From a virus, in IMG/VR virus record IMGVR_UViG_3300022752_000025, positions 68,274-132,273 of that record: a stretch of 64,000 nucleotides of DNA; one strand, given 5' to 3'. The position numbers were made by a program, and so were the translations under genes. The notes below the pieces were generated by a model. It was not told the DNA's origin and searched no databases. It saw only the letters and a list, made by a program, of their open reading frames with translations. This document shows, piece by piece, positions 8,655-17,630 of the stretch. Position 1 is the stretch's first letter; each line of letters opens with the position of its first letter.

Positions 8655-9482
8655 TTATTTTTTATTTACTTTAAAAAGGTTGGATAAAAATGGACATTTA
8701 CTTTTATCTTCTTCTTTTATCGTAAATTTATAATCTAATTTATGGTGTCCTTCTCCAATTTTTTCTCCATCAGTATTTATACCATCTCTATAAAAGAATT
8801 GCCTTGTTGACATTTTTTCTCTTTTACTATCATTGAATTCCCTTCTAGATTTTGACCAAGTAGTATGTTCCTTTTGTAGCTTCTTATTACTTTTTATATC
8901 TAAAAATTCTATATTAGTTTTTTCATTTAAATTTAATGGATAAGGTATAATTCTACATATAGGATCATTTTCATTAAATTTAATTAATTTATTTTTTTCT
9001 GTTATTTTAAAATTCATAGTAAAAGTAAATGGAGACCAATTTGTTTCTACTAAAGCTTCTAATGCCTGTAAGCCATTCACTGGAGTATTTGAAGGTCCAG
9101 ATACTAAAAGACCCCATCCTGGAGGAGTTTTAAAAATTACAGGAAAACTAAAAGTAATAATTCCTTTTACGAAATGAGACATGCAACTGCTAAAATATTC
9201 ATTTTGTTTTTTATGAATTATTTTTACATCTGACATACTCGGTCCTCCATTCCAAAATATCTCGGTTTCGTTTTGGTATAATATATTATATCCCAATTGA
9301 TTTGATGCTACTAATGGAGCGCAATAATAGGCATAATATTGTTCTTTGTCGTCCATCCAAGTCCTTTTTGGAGATGCAGGAACTATATATTTTTTACATT
9401 TTTCTATTATACCGTCATGTAAAGCGTAGCATTGTATTAATACATCATTTTTTATAATTAAATTATTTGCGTTTAAATTCAT
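8655..9482 (-). CDS. DUF6065-like protein
   Basis: RTWMD...AYYCAPLVASNQLG, SHF..GIITF, GPSN, VETNWSPFTFTMN. Confidence 0.75.
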   Translation of the reverse strand: MNLNANNLIIKNDVLIQCYALHDGIIEKCKKYIVPASPKRTWMDDKEQYYAYYCAPLVASNQLGYNILYQNETEIFWNGGPSMSDVKIIHKKQNEYFSSCMSHFVKGIITFSFPVIFKTPPGWGLLVSGPSNTPVNGLQALEALVETNWSPFTFTMNFKITEKNKLIKFNENDPICRIIPYPLNLNEKTNIEFLDIKSNKKLQKEHTTWSKSRREFNDSKREKMSTRQFFYRDGINTDGEKIGEGHHKLDYKFTIKEEDKSKCPFLSNLFKVNKK

Positions 9483-10366
9483 ATATTAAATTTCTTTTTA
9501 AAAGCATAATTGTTTATTCTATTAAATAAATCGATTGATCCTTTTGTTAAATTGCCATCCTCTATGGCTGGAATTTCTATAAATTCCCATGGTTTATATG
9601 ATCTCTTGTCAAATATCATTTTTTTTGTTTTTTCATCTTTTATTCCATAACAATAATGATAAAATAAAGCATTTCTTTCTGAAATATCAAATGGTGGCAT
9701 ATCAAGTACATCTATAATTTCTGGAATAATTTTATTTTCTGCAAGAGCAATATTAAATCCATACATATCACATATCCAATTCATATATAGTGGATTATTT
9801 TTAACATCAGTAGTTCTAAATAAAACTGTTAATTCTATCCATCTATTTATTATTTTCCTTAAAATATTCTCTTTAACAAGAAATGGCCAACCTACTGGTT
9901 TATAATAAGATAAAAAGTCTGTAAAACTAGGATTTACATCTTCCATATAAAATTTTACTACTTTTTTCGTAAACTCGTTGTGGTCTGCATTCATATAATT
10001 ATATTTTTGTCCCATGATACTTTGAGTATTCGAATCAAATTTATCTATAAATATAAAATCTGCTTCAACAAATAAATATAATCTATCTAATTCTACTTCT
10101 TTTGTCTCTAAATATTCTTTAATTGAAAATGCCCTATCATAAATAACATAATCATCATCTTTTTTAAAATTTCTATAGCTCTTATTTTTACATAAAAAAT
10201 ACGGATAGTTTTTATTTAATTTTTCCTGATCAGTTATTATAACTGATAAAAAATCTACGCTAGGTTCATTTTTATAAAATTTTAAAAATGAATCATACAT
10301 CATCTCCATTTGCCAATCAATATATTTATTGGTTGTTTCTGTTACTAAAACTGTAAATTTATTCAT
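9479..10366 (-). CDS. hydroxyproline O-arabinosyltransferase (HPAT)/peptidyl-serine galactosyltransferase-like glycosyltransferase
   Basis: YIDWQ..MY, DDYVIYDR, FVEADFIF, WICDMYGFNIA, HYCYG, FDKRSY parallel the plant HPAT motif series. Confidence 0.65.
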   Translation of the reverse strand: MNKFTVLVTETTNKYIDWQMEMMYDSFLKFYKNEPSVDFLSVIITDQEKLNKNYPYFLCKNKSYRNFKKDDDYVIYDRAFSIKEYLETKEVELDRLYLFVEADFIFIDKFDSNTQSIMGQKYNYMNADHNEFTKKVVKFYMEDVNPSFTDFLSYYKPVGWPFLVKENILRKIINRWIELTVLFRTTDVKNNPLYMNWICDMYGFNIALAENKIIPEIIDVLDMPPFDISERNALFYHYCYGIKDEKTKKMIFDKRSYKPWEFIEIPAIEDGNLTKGSIDLFNRINNYAFKKKFNI

Positions 10367-10522
10367 TTAAATTTTTTTAATATAAAAAAGACTAGATTTT
10401 GTAGATATTTTTTTGATATATTCTTCGGCTTTAGATTTACCATCCTTAGATAAAGGAAAAGCTCCATATAGAAATTTATCTTTTTTTGAAAAAATTGCGT
10501 AATATTTATTTTTATTTTTCAT
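10367..10522 (-). CDS. small basic hypothetical protein (51 aa)
   Basis: Manual translation MKNKNKYYAIFSKKDKFLYGAFP...; fills the gap between neighbours. Confidence 0.5.
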   Translation of the reverse strand: MKNKNKYYAIFSKKDKFLYGAFPLSKDGKSKAEEYIKKISTKSSLFYIKKI

Positions 10523-10727
10523 TTGATATAATTAAATTTTTTAAAAGTTTTAAATGATAAACATTCCAGTTTTCTCCATCGTATTGTTTATTTTTTAAAT
10601 CTTGATATATATTGTATTGAATAATCTGCTCTAATAAATCTAAAATTTGTTGGTTATTTTTCATTAATATTATATTATATATTAATGGTGTAATTATTTC
10701 TAGAATATATGTTTTATCTCGATACAA
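10512..10727 (-). CDS. small hypothetical protein (true start probably the internal MKNNQQ)
   Basis: ORF track; the annotated 5' end overlaps the divergent gene. Confidence 0.4.
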   Translation of the reverse strand: MYRDKTYILEIITPLIYNIILMKNNQQILDLLEQIIQYNIYQDLKNKQYDGENWNVYHLKLLKNLIISNEK

Positions 10728-11887
10728 CTAATAAATTTTTAGCTATCACTGTAACAAATTCTGGTGGATTTACTGATTATTCTACAAGAGCAAGATCTGG
10801 TCATTTATATTATAAAAATGATGTATCAGATCCGTGGGGAAATAATGGAGTTCATATTGGCTCATTTGATTTAAAAACCGCTGGAACTAAAACATTTGTT
10901 TTTGGTAATAGCGGTATATTAACTGGATCTTTATCTAATTCTGCTGTTTCAAATAAAGATAAATACGTAAGCATGTGTAATATGTTTTCTGCTGGAAATT
11001 TAGATTATCATTTTTTAACAATAGTTGTTGATAGAGATAAGCCTGGAGATTATGTTTATATTGGATGTCCATGTAGTCAAACAAATCCTGGCGGATTAAA
11101 TAATACTACATATTGCGCTCCAAATGCTTTTAATTTTTTAGGCGGTTACAATTATCTTGGAGCAAAAATCTCAATCACACCTTATTATATAAATAGTAAT
11201 AAATCTTTAATTCAAGGTACAACTTTAACATCAGCAAGTATGTCATTTTGGGATCAATTAGAATTTGGTACATTAACAACTTGTCAAAATTTAAGAGCAA
11301 ATAGTGCTACTTCTGGAAGATTTCCAGATACTGCTAATAATATAAATAATATTTCGTGGACTAACGGAGATGTAATAATTCCAACACATGACTGTGCTCC
11401 AGATGGACCAGGAGCGACTGTTTGGTATGGAGCATATCGATATTATAGACAGGGAACAGCTAATCCTGCTCAATGCGTCTCTACAATAGCGTCTTATTCA
11501 TTAAAAAATGGTCAACATACTTTTGGTCAAGTATTTCAAAATCCTCTTGGAACTTTTAATAGTAGAATAATTACAACGCCTACTAGTACAAGTAGTATTC
11601 TTAATAGTGAAAGCTACTCGGTAGGATATACTGCTTATGATCAAATATTTGGTTCAACTAATGGGGCGCAAGGAACTGGAACAGTTCAATGCCCAATAAC
11701 AACAGGAACACCGCGCGGAAATGTTTTAGGCCCAAGATATATGTTAGACATTTCTCTAAGATGTAACCCTGGCGCAAGAACAAATACTATGGGACCATAT
11801 TATAATGGCAATACGTATCCAACTTATGGAGGATATGGATTTTATTTTAAATTTATTTGGGATGCTTTATGCTATCCCTGCGTTTAA
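10709..11887 (+). CDS. Gly/Thr/Asn/Cys-rich putative virion surface protein
   Basis: 392-aa beta-rich composition; lone plus-strand gene with GTGTAA at 10688-10693. Confidence 0.6.
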   Translation: MFYLDTTNKFLAITVTNSGGFTDYSTRARSGHLYYKNDVSDPWGNNGVHIGSFDLKTAGTKTFVFGNSGILTGSLSNSAVSNKDKYVSMCNMFSAGNLDYHFLTIVVDRDKPGDYVYIGCPCSQTNPGGLNNTTYCAPNAFNFLGGYNYLGAKISITPYYINSNKSLIQGTTLTSASMSFWDQLEFGTLTTCQNLRANSATSGRFPDTANNINNISWTNGDVIIPTHDCAPDGPGATVWYGAYRYYRQGTANPAQCVSTIASYSLKNGQHTFGQVFQNPLGTFNSRIITTPTSTSSILNSESYSVGYTAYDQIFGSTNGAQGTGTVQCPITTGTPRGNVLGPRYMLDISLRCNPGARTNTMGPYYNGNTYPTYGGYGFYFKFIWDALCYPCV

Positions 11888-11890
11888 TTT

Positions 11891-12346
11891 TTATAGAAAA
11901 TAAACTTTAATATATTCTTCTTTTTCTGAAACAGAAAAAGACCTATAAGCAGCCCTGTCTTCTATTATTTTCTTCCAAAAATTTGCCCAATCTTCGTCTG
12001 TTTTCCCTACAACAAAAATTTTCCCTCTGTAATCTGTCATTTCTTGTGGTATTTGTCCTGAGTTAGGGGTTGATAACTCTCTTCTAACTTGTCTTGGTTT
12101 AGTAATTTCTTTAATTTTTTCTTGAACTTTTTCATTTTTAAACATTTCATCAAGAAAATTTGCGTCTTCTGTATTGTATACTTTATTGAAATATTCATGA
12201 ACTCTTTGTCCACAACTACAACTTGGATTTTCTCTCCAACTTAATAAGTCTACTTCTATATCTTTATATTTCTCTTTTAAGATATTAAAAGTTTCATCAA
12301 GCTCTATGGCTGCTCTTAGATTTAAAAAATTAATTTCTTTAGTCAT
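11891..12346 (-). CDS. hypothetical protein with CxC motif
   Basis: NPSCSCG; similar GGCSCS in 19144-19437. Confidence 0.6.
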   Translation of the reverse strand: MTKEINFLNLRAAIELDETFNILKEKYKDIEVDLLSWRENPSCSCGQRVHEYFNKVYNTEDANFLDEMFKNEKVQEKIKEITKPRQVRRELSTPNSGQIPQEMTDYRGKIFVVGKTDEDWANFWKKIIEDRAAYRSFSVSEKEEYIKVYFL

Positions 12347-12396
12347 ATCTAATATTTTATAAATTAGGATATAAAAAATCTAATTTATTTTTTATA

Positions 12397-13203
12397 TTAT
12401 TCTGGCAACGGTTCTCCTGGAATTCCTGGAGTTACTCCCTCATGATTTCCTCCTCCGACGCAATTTGTTGGAGGTGGAGGTGGTAAAGGTGGAGGTGAAG
12501 GTGGAGGAGGTGGTGGAGGAGGAGGTGAACACCACTCAGGTCTTGGGCTTGGTGGTTGCCAATTCGGATCAGGTTTTACAGAAAAATCGATGTATCTATA
12601 AAAAATATCACTGGTACAAAAAAATCCATCACATGGCGGAGTTCCATTAACATCTACTGGTCTTGCACCTGGAATTGGGTCAGACCCTATAACTGCCCAA
12701 GGTCTTTTACACCCTAGAAGAATGTCTATATCTTCTGCATTTTTATCTGCTGCTTCTTTCTCTAAAAGCTCATAACATCCTTCTGGCCTTATTTTTTCTT
12801 CATATCTATTTTTTAAATCTAATTCATTTGCTTTAATTTCTTCTATAAGTCTTTTTCCAAATGCTTGTTTATCTGATGTGCAATTTCCAAAATAAAGGCT
12901 AGACTTTGTAATACTTGAACTAATAGGTCCACATCTATATTCTAATTCAAAAGGAAATCTAGATCCCTTTTTATAAAAGTCACAAGGATCTGCATTTTTA
13001 TCATAATTATAAATAGATATACCGTTTGGACACTGAATGCTTGGCGTAGGGAAAGGCCATCCTCTATGAAATTCTGCTTCGTAAAAACTTTTATAGCAAC
13101 TAGAATTAGCGCAACAATCTAACTGTCTTATACAGTTTTGCAATTGCGCATTGTAATCAACTGGGTCGTGAGGAAAAACATAAGAGCACATATGATTTTC
13201 CAA
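12397..13203 (-). CDS. Cys-rich protein with extensin-like Ser-Pro(n) C-terminal tract
   Basis: ...WCSPPPPPPPPSPPPLPPPPPTNC...; many Cys; GTGTAA upstream at 13212-13217. Confidence 0.7.
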   Translation of the reverse strand: MENHMCSYVFPHDPVDYNAQLQNCIRQLDCCANSSCYKSFYEAEFHRGWPFPTPSIQCPNGISIYNYDKNADPCDFYKKGSRFPFELEYRCGPISSSITKSSLYFGNCTSDKQAFGKRLIEEIKANELDLKNRYEEKIRPEGCYELLEKEAADKNAEDIDILLGCKRPWAVIGSDPIPGARPVDVNGTPPCDGFFCTSDIFYRYIDFSVKPDPNWQPPSPRPEWCSPPPPPPPPPSPPPLPPPPPTNCVGGGNHEGVTPGIPGEPLPE

Positions 13204-13211
13204 TTCCTATA

Positions 13212-15983
13212 TTACACTCTTGGGATATTTCCTGTATTTTGAACTAAATTATATTTAATAGAAATATCCTCTTTAGAATCATCGCTTGTTTTAAATGATA
13301 TTAAACCTGTGCAAATTGGGACATTATATTCTTTAAATTTATTTAAATTTTGAGGTGAATATGGACTAATTTTATTTATTTTATTTCCTGCATAGGCTGA
13401 ATATTTGTCTCCATAATATAAATTATCTGGTATATGAGCCGCAGAGATCTTGAATGTTTTAACGCTTGCCGATGTATATCCTGTAATTTCAAAAGTTTCT
13501 GGATTTACTAATACTCCACTTTTTAAAGTTTCACTAATAGCCGAACCTAGATATGGATTTCTTCCAGAGCCGTATATATTATTTCCTGTATAAAAATAAA
13601 ATCCAGTATATGAAATTGGTAAAAGTAAATCATAAGTTTTATCTGTTTCTAAATATAATTCTGGATATCTTTGATTTTGGAATCTATAGTAAACTTTTGC
13701 TCCACTTCTTTCTTGTGGAATATCAAATTGGCTAAAAACTTTAGTTCTTAATACTAAATTTAAACTTTGTTCTCTTAAATTATCTCCACTGATCATCATT
13801 TTGCCTGTGATTGAATTTGGCGAAACGGAAAAATATTCTATACTTGGATCAATATTATTTTCCTTCACACTAAATTGAATTAATCTATAATTCCCGTTGA
13901 TTTTATTATAATTTGGTTCAATAACTTTTAATCCACTTACATCACCTTTAATAGCTAAAGGCCTATGATGCGATAAGTTTGTTTGCAAGAAATTATATTT
14001 AAGGCCTTTTTTTAATATTATTTCATCTAATTTTTTATATTTATTTGAAACTGTATCGTAGAATCTATATCCAGATCCACTTAAAAAGTTAACTGAAACA
14101 TATTCTTGCTTTGAGTCTTCTGTGTTAAAAGTTGGTAAATTATTTCTTTGTAATTTAAAAAGTAAATCTAATTGTACTGCTCCAGTTATTGGATTAAAAT
14201 TATTTTTCTGATAAACAAGTTGACCATTTTGATTTTTAAATAAACCAGAATAACCTTCTCTATATTTAAAATATTGTCTCTCAGTATTTAAATTTGAAAC
14301 ATAGGTATCTGGTTCTACATTAACAGTAATGTTTGCTTGACCTTGATAAGAAGGTAATGCTTTAGTTTTTGATGCAAATTTTGCTTTTAATGTAGAAGTT
14401 TCTGAAATTATATTTAAACCTGTTGCATAAGCTGTAAGCCCAAATACTGGACTAGATGTAGGTAGATTACCATTATTATCATATTTTAACAATGATCCTT
14501 CTAAATTATACTCTAGATTATCTCCAGTGCCTTGAATTACGCCTAATTGATTTTCTCTAAAAGATGAAAAATAGTAATCATCAAAAAATATTTTAGTATT
14601 ATTTCCCAAAGCCTTTGTAGAAGCTGAAATTAATTTAGATTTTACTAAAAAGCTTAATTTACCATCTTCTAGCATTGTGCCTGTAACTTCATTTAAAATT
14701 AAACCGCCAGTATTTGTATAGATTTTTGTTCCATTAGCTAAAGTAGAGGAATGAGTTCCAGTCTTTAGATAATTAATTCTAAAATTAATATCCACGCTAC
14801 TATTTTTACCTATTGTATAATATTTTACAAGTTGGCCAGATAAAGGATGATTATTTGGATAAACAAATTGAGTTATTTTAAATTTATCATCAATTACTTC
14901 AAGATTTGAAGAAGCAGAAGAGATATAAAAATTCTTTGGTAAATCTCCAGTATTAAATACAGAAAATGAATAAACTTCTCTATCGTTTAAAGTGCCAGAT
15001 TGATTTATAGTATAATTATTATTATATAACTTGTATAATCCAGTATTATTTGGTTGAAAATATGGTCCATATCCTAAATCAAAAGAATTTGGAGAAGTTC
15101 CTGTTGGAATCCAGGAAACAGTTCCGCTAAATACAAATATTCTACGAATTGTTTCGTCTGATGATTTAACTTTTATAGGATCATCATATTGTAAATTTCT
15201 TTCGCCCCTCATTTCTGTATAAACAAAAGAACATCTATTCGTTACACACCATTCAATATTTGGAATATTATCTTGAAAATATATTTTATTATAAGAAATT
15301 AATTGCCCAGTTTTTGTGCCAGAGATAATACCGCTAGTTTGTGCGTCCGCATAGTATTCTGATAATCCAAAATTTAATAATTCTTTTTTCGTCCAATAAT
15401 TTCTTCCTACGCTTCCTAATTGATATCCACTATGATCAACTAATTCGAAAATATTTTTATATGGAGATATAAATGGTGCCCATGGAAGATCATTTCTAAC
15501 GAATCCGCAAATTTTAAATCTTTGGCCAGAGGAAATTCCTTCTGGATATCCAAAACCATCTTCTTTTCCATAAGGAAATCCTGCGTCAGGTTCAAAATTA
15601 GCTCTTATAGTCCTATCCAAGCAATAAGCTTGACCATTTACTGTAGTATATGGATCTTTATCTAAAGGATAATATGTCTTGGCAAATTTAATTTTTAATC
15701 CAGATGCTCTATAAGTTTTTAACCATCCAGATTCATACCATAATGAATTATAATTATCTTTTCTGTAAGTTTTTAAATCATTTAAATAATTTTGATTATC
15801 TCTTTTAGATATTTCGCTACCTAAAATTACTTTAGAATTGTTTAACAAATCTTTAAATTTTGGTGTTAAATATTCTTTATCTGCATATTCATAATAAGTA
15901 TTATTAATAGCAGATGCTAAATCTAAGTCTTTAGCTTTTGTTTGACCGCTAAATCCTTTTCTATATCCAGTAATTTTATTCAT
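13212..15983 (-). CDS. large (923 aa) putative virion structural protein
   Basis: Long beta-rich ORF with recurrent SG/TG dipeptides; ATG lies 8 nt after the predicted splice site of the upstream ribozyme. Confidence 0.7.
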   Translation of the reverse strand: MNKITGYRKGFSGQTKAKDLDLASAINNTYYEYADKEYLTPKFKDLLNNSKVILGSEISKRDNQNYLNDLKTYRKDNYNSLWYESGWLKTYRASGLKIKFAKTYYPLDKDPYTTVNGQAYCLDRTIRANFEPDAGFPYGKEDGFGYPEGISSGQRFKICGFVRNDLPWAPFISPYKNIFELVDHSGYQLGSVGRNYWTKKELLNFGLSEYYADAQTSGIISGTKTGQLISYNKIYFQDNIPNIEWCVTNRCSFVYTEMRGERNLQYDDPIKVKSSDETIRRIFVFSGTVSWIPTGTSPNSFDLGYGPYFQPNNTGLYKLYNNNYTINQSGTLNDREVYSFSVFNTGDLPKNFYISSASSNLEVIDDKFKITQFVYPNNHPLSGQLVKYYTIGKNSSVDINFRINYLKTGTHSSTLANGTKIYTNTGGLILNEVTGTMLEDGKLSFLVKSKLISASTKALGNNTKIFFDDYYFSSFRENQLGVIQGTGDNLEYNLEGSLLKYDNNGNLPTSSPVFGLTAYATGLNIISETSTLKAKFASKTKALPSYQGQANITVNVEPDTYVSNLNTERQYFKYREGYSGLFKNQNGQLVYQKNNFNPITGAVQLDLLFKLQRNNLPTFNTEDSKQEYVSVNFLSGSGYRFYDTVSNKYKKLDEIILKKGLKYNFLQTNLSHHRPLAIKGDVSGLKVIEPNYNKINGNYRLIQFSVKENNIDPSIEYFSVSPNSITGKMMISGDNLREQSLNLVLRTKVFSQFDIPQERSGAKVYYRFQNQRYPELYLETDKTYDLLLPISYTGFYFYTGNNIYGSGRNPYLGSAISETLKSGVLVNPETFEITGYTSASVKTFKISAAHIPDNLYYGDKYSAYAGNKINKISPYSPQNLNKFKEYNVPICTGLISFKTSDDSKEDISIKYNLVQNTGNIPRV

Positions 15984-15990
15984 GATTTTT

Positions 15991-16115
15991 AGGCCTAGCT
16001 TTGTCTAGACTTCTTGTTGCTCTTTTTTGCCTCATTTCTGAACCCTGATGTTCTCAATGAAAAAGCCGGTTATCTAGATGTTAAAACCTTTCTGGTGGTT
16101 TCTTCTTGCTCTTCT
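15991..16115 (-). ncRNA. predicted 125-nt exon released as circular RNA by permuted group I splicing
   Basis: Lies between the intron terminal G (16116) and GCCU|AAAAAUCAU (15991), which pairs with the IGS; folds as a long hairpin; inference. Confidence 0.55.
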
Positions 16116-16349
16116 CATGTATGTTATTTTTCATTTTTTAAAATGAAAACTCGATGTCTCCATCGAGATCGGACTATATCTTGCTTACTGACTTTCGTTA
16201 GTAAGACTGGGTGCTCGTGTCTCTGTTATTGTTACGGTAACTCAAGAGTTAGTCTCTACACCTTCATGCTTCGTTTTTACCGTGAAGCAGGCTTGGCTCG
16301 GTATAATCCACTTGGGACTTCCACCGAATTCACCCAGTATGCCCATCAT
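16116..16349 (-). ncRNA. group I intron ribozyme core (P3-P9, with P7.1 insertion), free-standing and apparently circularly permuted
   Basis: P3 ACTGGGTG(16338-31)/CACCCAGT(16213-06); P GAATTCGGTGGAA; Q ATACCGAGCCAAG; R GAAGGTGTAGAGACTA; S AAGATATAGTCC(16182-71); P8 with GAAA loop; P9 CTCGATG-GAGA-CATCGAG; ends AATAACATACATG. Confidence 0.9.
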
Positions 16350-16354
16350 CTTTT

Positions 16355-16376
16355 AAAGAACTATAACCTATTACAC
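16355..16376 (-). promoter_or_regulatory. GTGTAA phage promoter motif followed by boxA-like AGTTCTTT
   Basis: GTGTAA-N8-AGTTCTTT, identical in spacing to the tmRNA leader (28859-28880). Confidence 0.6.
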
Positions 16377-16401
16377 TAAATAATATAATGTGAAATTATT
16401 T

Positions 16402-17394
16402 TTATATTTTTTCTTTATCACCAGAAAACATTATTTGTAGTTCTTCTTTTATGGAGTTATTTATTTCTGATTTTATGAAAGATTTCATTTCGTCTAACTC
16501 ATCAAATGAATAAAGAATATTATCTTGATATAGCCTATATAGATTTATTTTTTCAAGAATATCACACTTATTAAAAATTAACTTATTGACCCCAGAAATT
16601 CTAATTGCACGAATTAATTTTGTTAAATTCAACCAATTAACTAATCTTTTTCTACCAGTTGTAGAACCAAACTCCTGCCCAATATCAATAATCATATTCA
16701 ATTCTGGATCATTCCAGAGATATTCTGGAAATAATGGATCTACTCCACTTTTTGTATCGTAAATTTTTGCAACGCCAATTATATCTCTAATTTTTTTTGG
16801 AGAAAAACCTAAAGAGCAAGCAGAGTATGGAAGAGTTTCGCTACTAGTAACATAAGGATAATTTCCATAATTTATATCTAACCAAAAGCTTTGAGCTCCT
16901 TCACAAAGGATTTTGCCATAAAGATTTCCATCCCAAATATATTTTTTATCAATATAATCTTTTGCTAATTTTCCAGTTCTTAGCATTTTATCTGCATAAG
17001 CTGGGGCGATACCTTGTCCAGTGGTCCCAAGCTTTGGCTTTAAAAATTTAAGATCATATTGAATATGTCTTTCTGTGATGATATTTGCGTTTGAACTTAC
17101 TTTAATTAAAGAAGTATCAAATCCATTTTTTTCAAGGTATTCTATTTCGTCAAAAAATTTATCTACATTAATAACGCAATTTGGTCCAATAACACTAATT
17201 TTATTTTGAAATATACCGCATGGTATTATATGCGTTTTATATTTTTTATTATTTAAATAAATAGTGTGCCCAGCATTTGGCCCGCCATTCCAACGACAGA
17301 CCATATCGTAATCTTTAGATATAGTATTAGTAATTTTACCTTTTCCTTCATCTCCCCAACATAATCCAAAAATAATATCAACTAGTTTTATCAT
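16402..17394 (-). CDS. purA: adenylosuccinate synthetase (short form)
   Basis: WGDEGKGK, GGPNAGHT, GTTGQGIAPAY, EGAQ, YPYVTSS, GSTTGRKR, NKCD. Confidence 0.95.
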   Translation of the reverse strand: MIKLVDIIFGLCWGDEGKGKITNTISKDYDMVCRWNGGPNAGHTIYLNNKKYKTHIIPCGIFQNKISVIGPNCVINVDKFFDEIEYLEKNGFDTSLIKVSSNANIITERHIQYDLKFLKPKLGTTGQGIAPAYADKMLRTGKLAKDYIDKKYIWDGNLYGKILCEGAQSFWLDINYGNYPYVTSSETLPYSACSLGFSPKKIRDIIGVAKIYDTKSGVDPLFPEYLWNDPELNMIIDIGQEFGSTTGRKRLVNWLNLTKLIRAIRISGVNKLIFNKCDILEKINLYRLYQDNILYSFDELDEMKSFIKSEINNSIKEELQIMFSGDKEKI

Positions 17395-17629
17395 TATTAT
17401 TTGATTTTAATTCATTTAAATAATTTTCTAAATTTTCTTTAGCTTTTGTACAATAATCTTGTCCTGATTTGCCACAACAATTTTTAAATTTTGTTAAAGT
17501 GAGTGGACACCAAGTATTCCTAGGGACTTTATTTAAAACTCTAACTATTGGAGAAAATGGGGTAGCTCTGGCGTAAGGATTATCTGGTAGTTTTATATTT
17601 TTTACATTCTCGTTTACATTTTCATTCAT
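17378..17629 (-). CDS. SEC-C-like motif protein
   Basis: KVPRNTWCP...KFKNCCG. Confidence 0.6.
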   Translation of the reverse strand: MNENVNENVKNIKLPDNPYARATPFSPIVRVLNKVPRNTWCPLTLTKFKNCCGKSGQDYCTKAKENLENYLNELKSNNNDKTS

Positions 17630-17630
17630 A

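Noticed and set aside
16341-16370. Conventional cis P1 helix with an upstream 5' exon
   Set aside because: Only weak, G.U-rich pairings with mismatches are possible, and no gene would be restored; the downstream GCCU|AAAAAUCAU site pairs much better.
16014-16379. 121-aa plus-strand ORF
   Set aside because: Antisense shadow of the group I ribozyme; TTG start and no protein-like features.
16402-17394. PurZ / 2-aminoadenine (Z) genome
   Set aside because: The catalytic motif is canonical PurA GDEGKG (Asp), not the PurZ GSTGKG type, and no DatZ/MazZ partner is recognisable.
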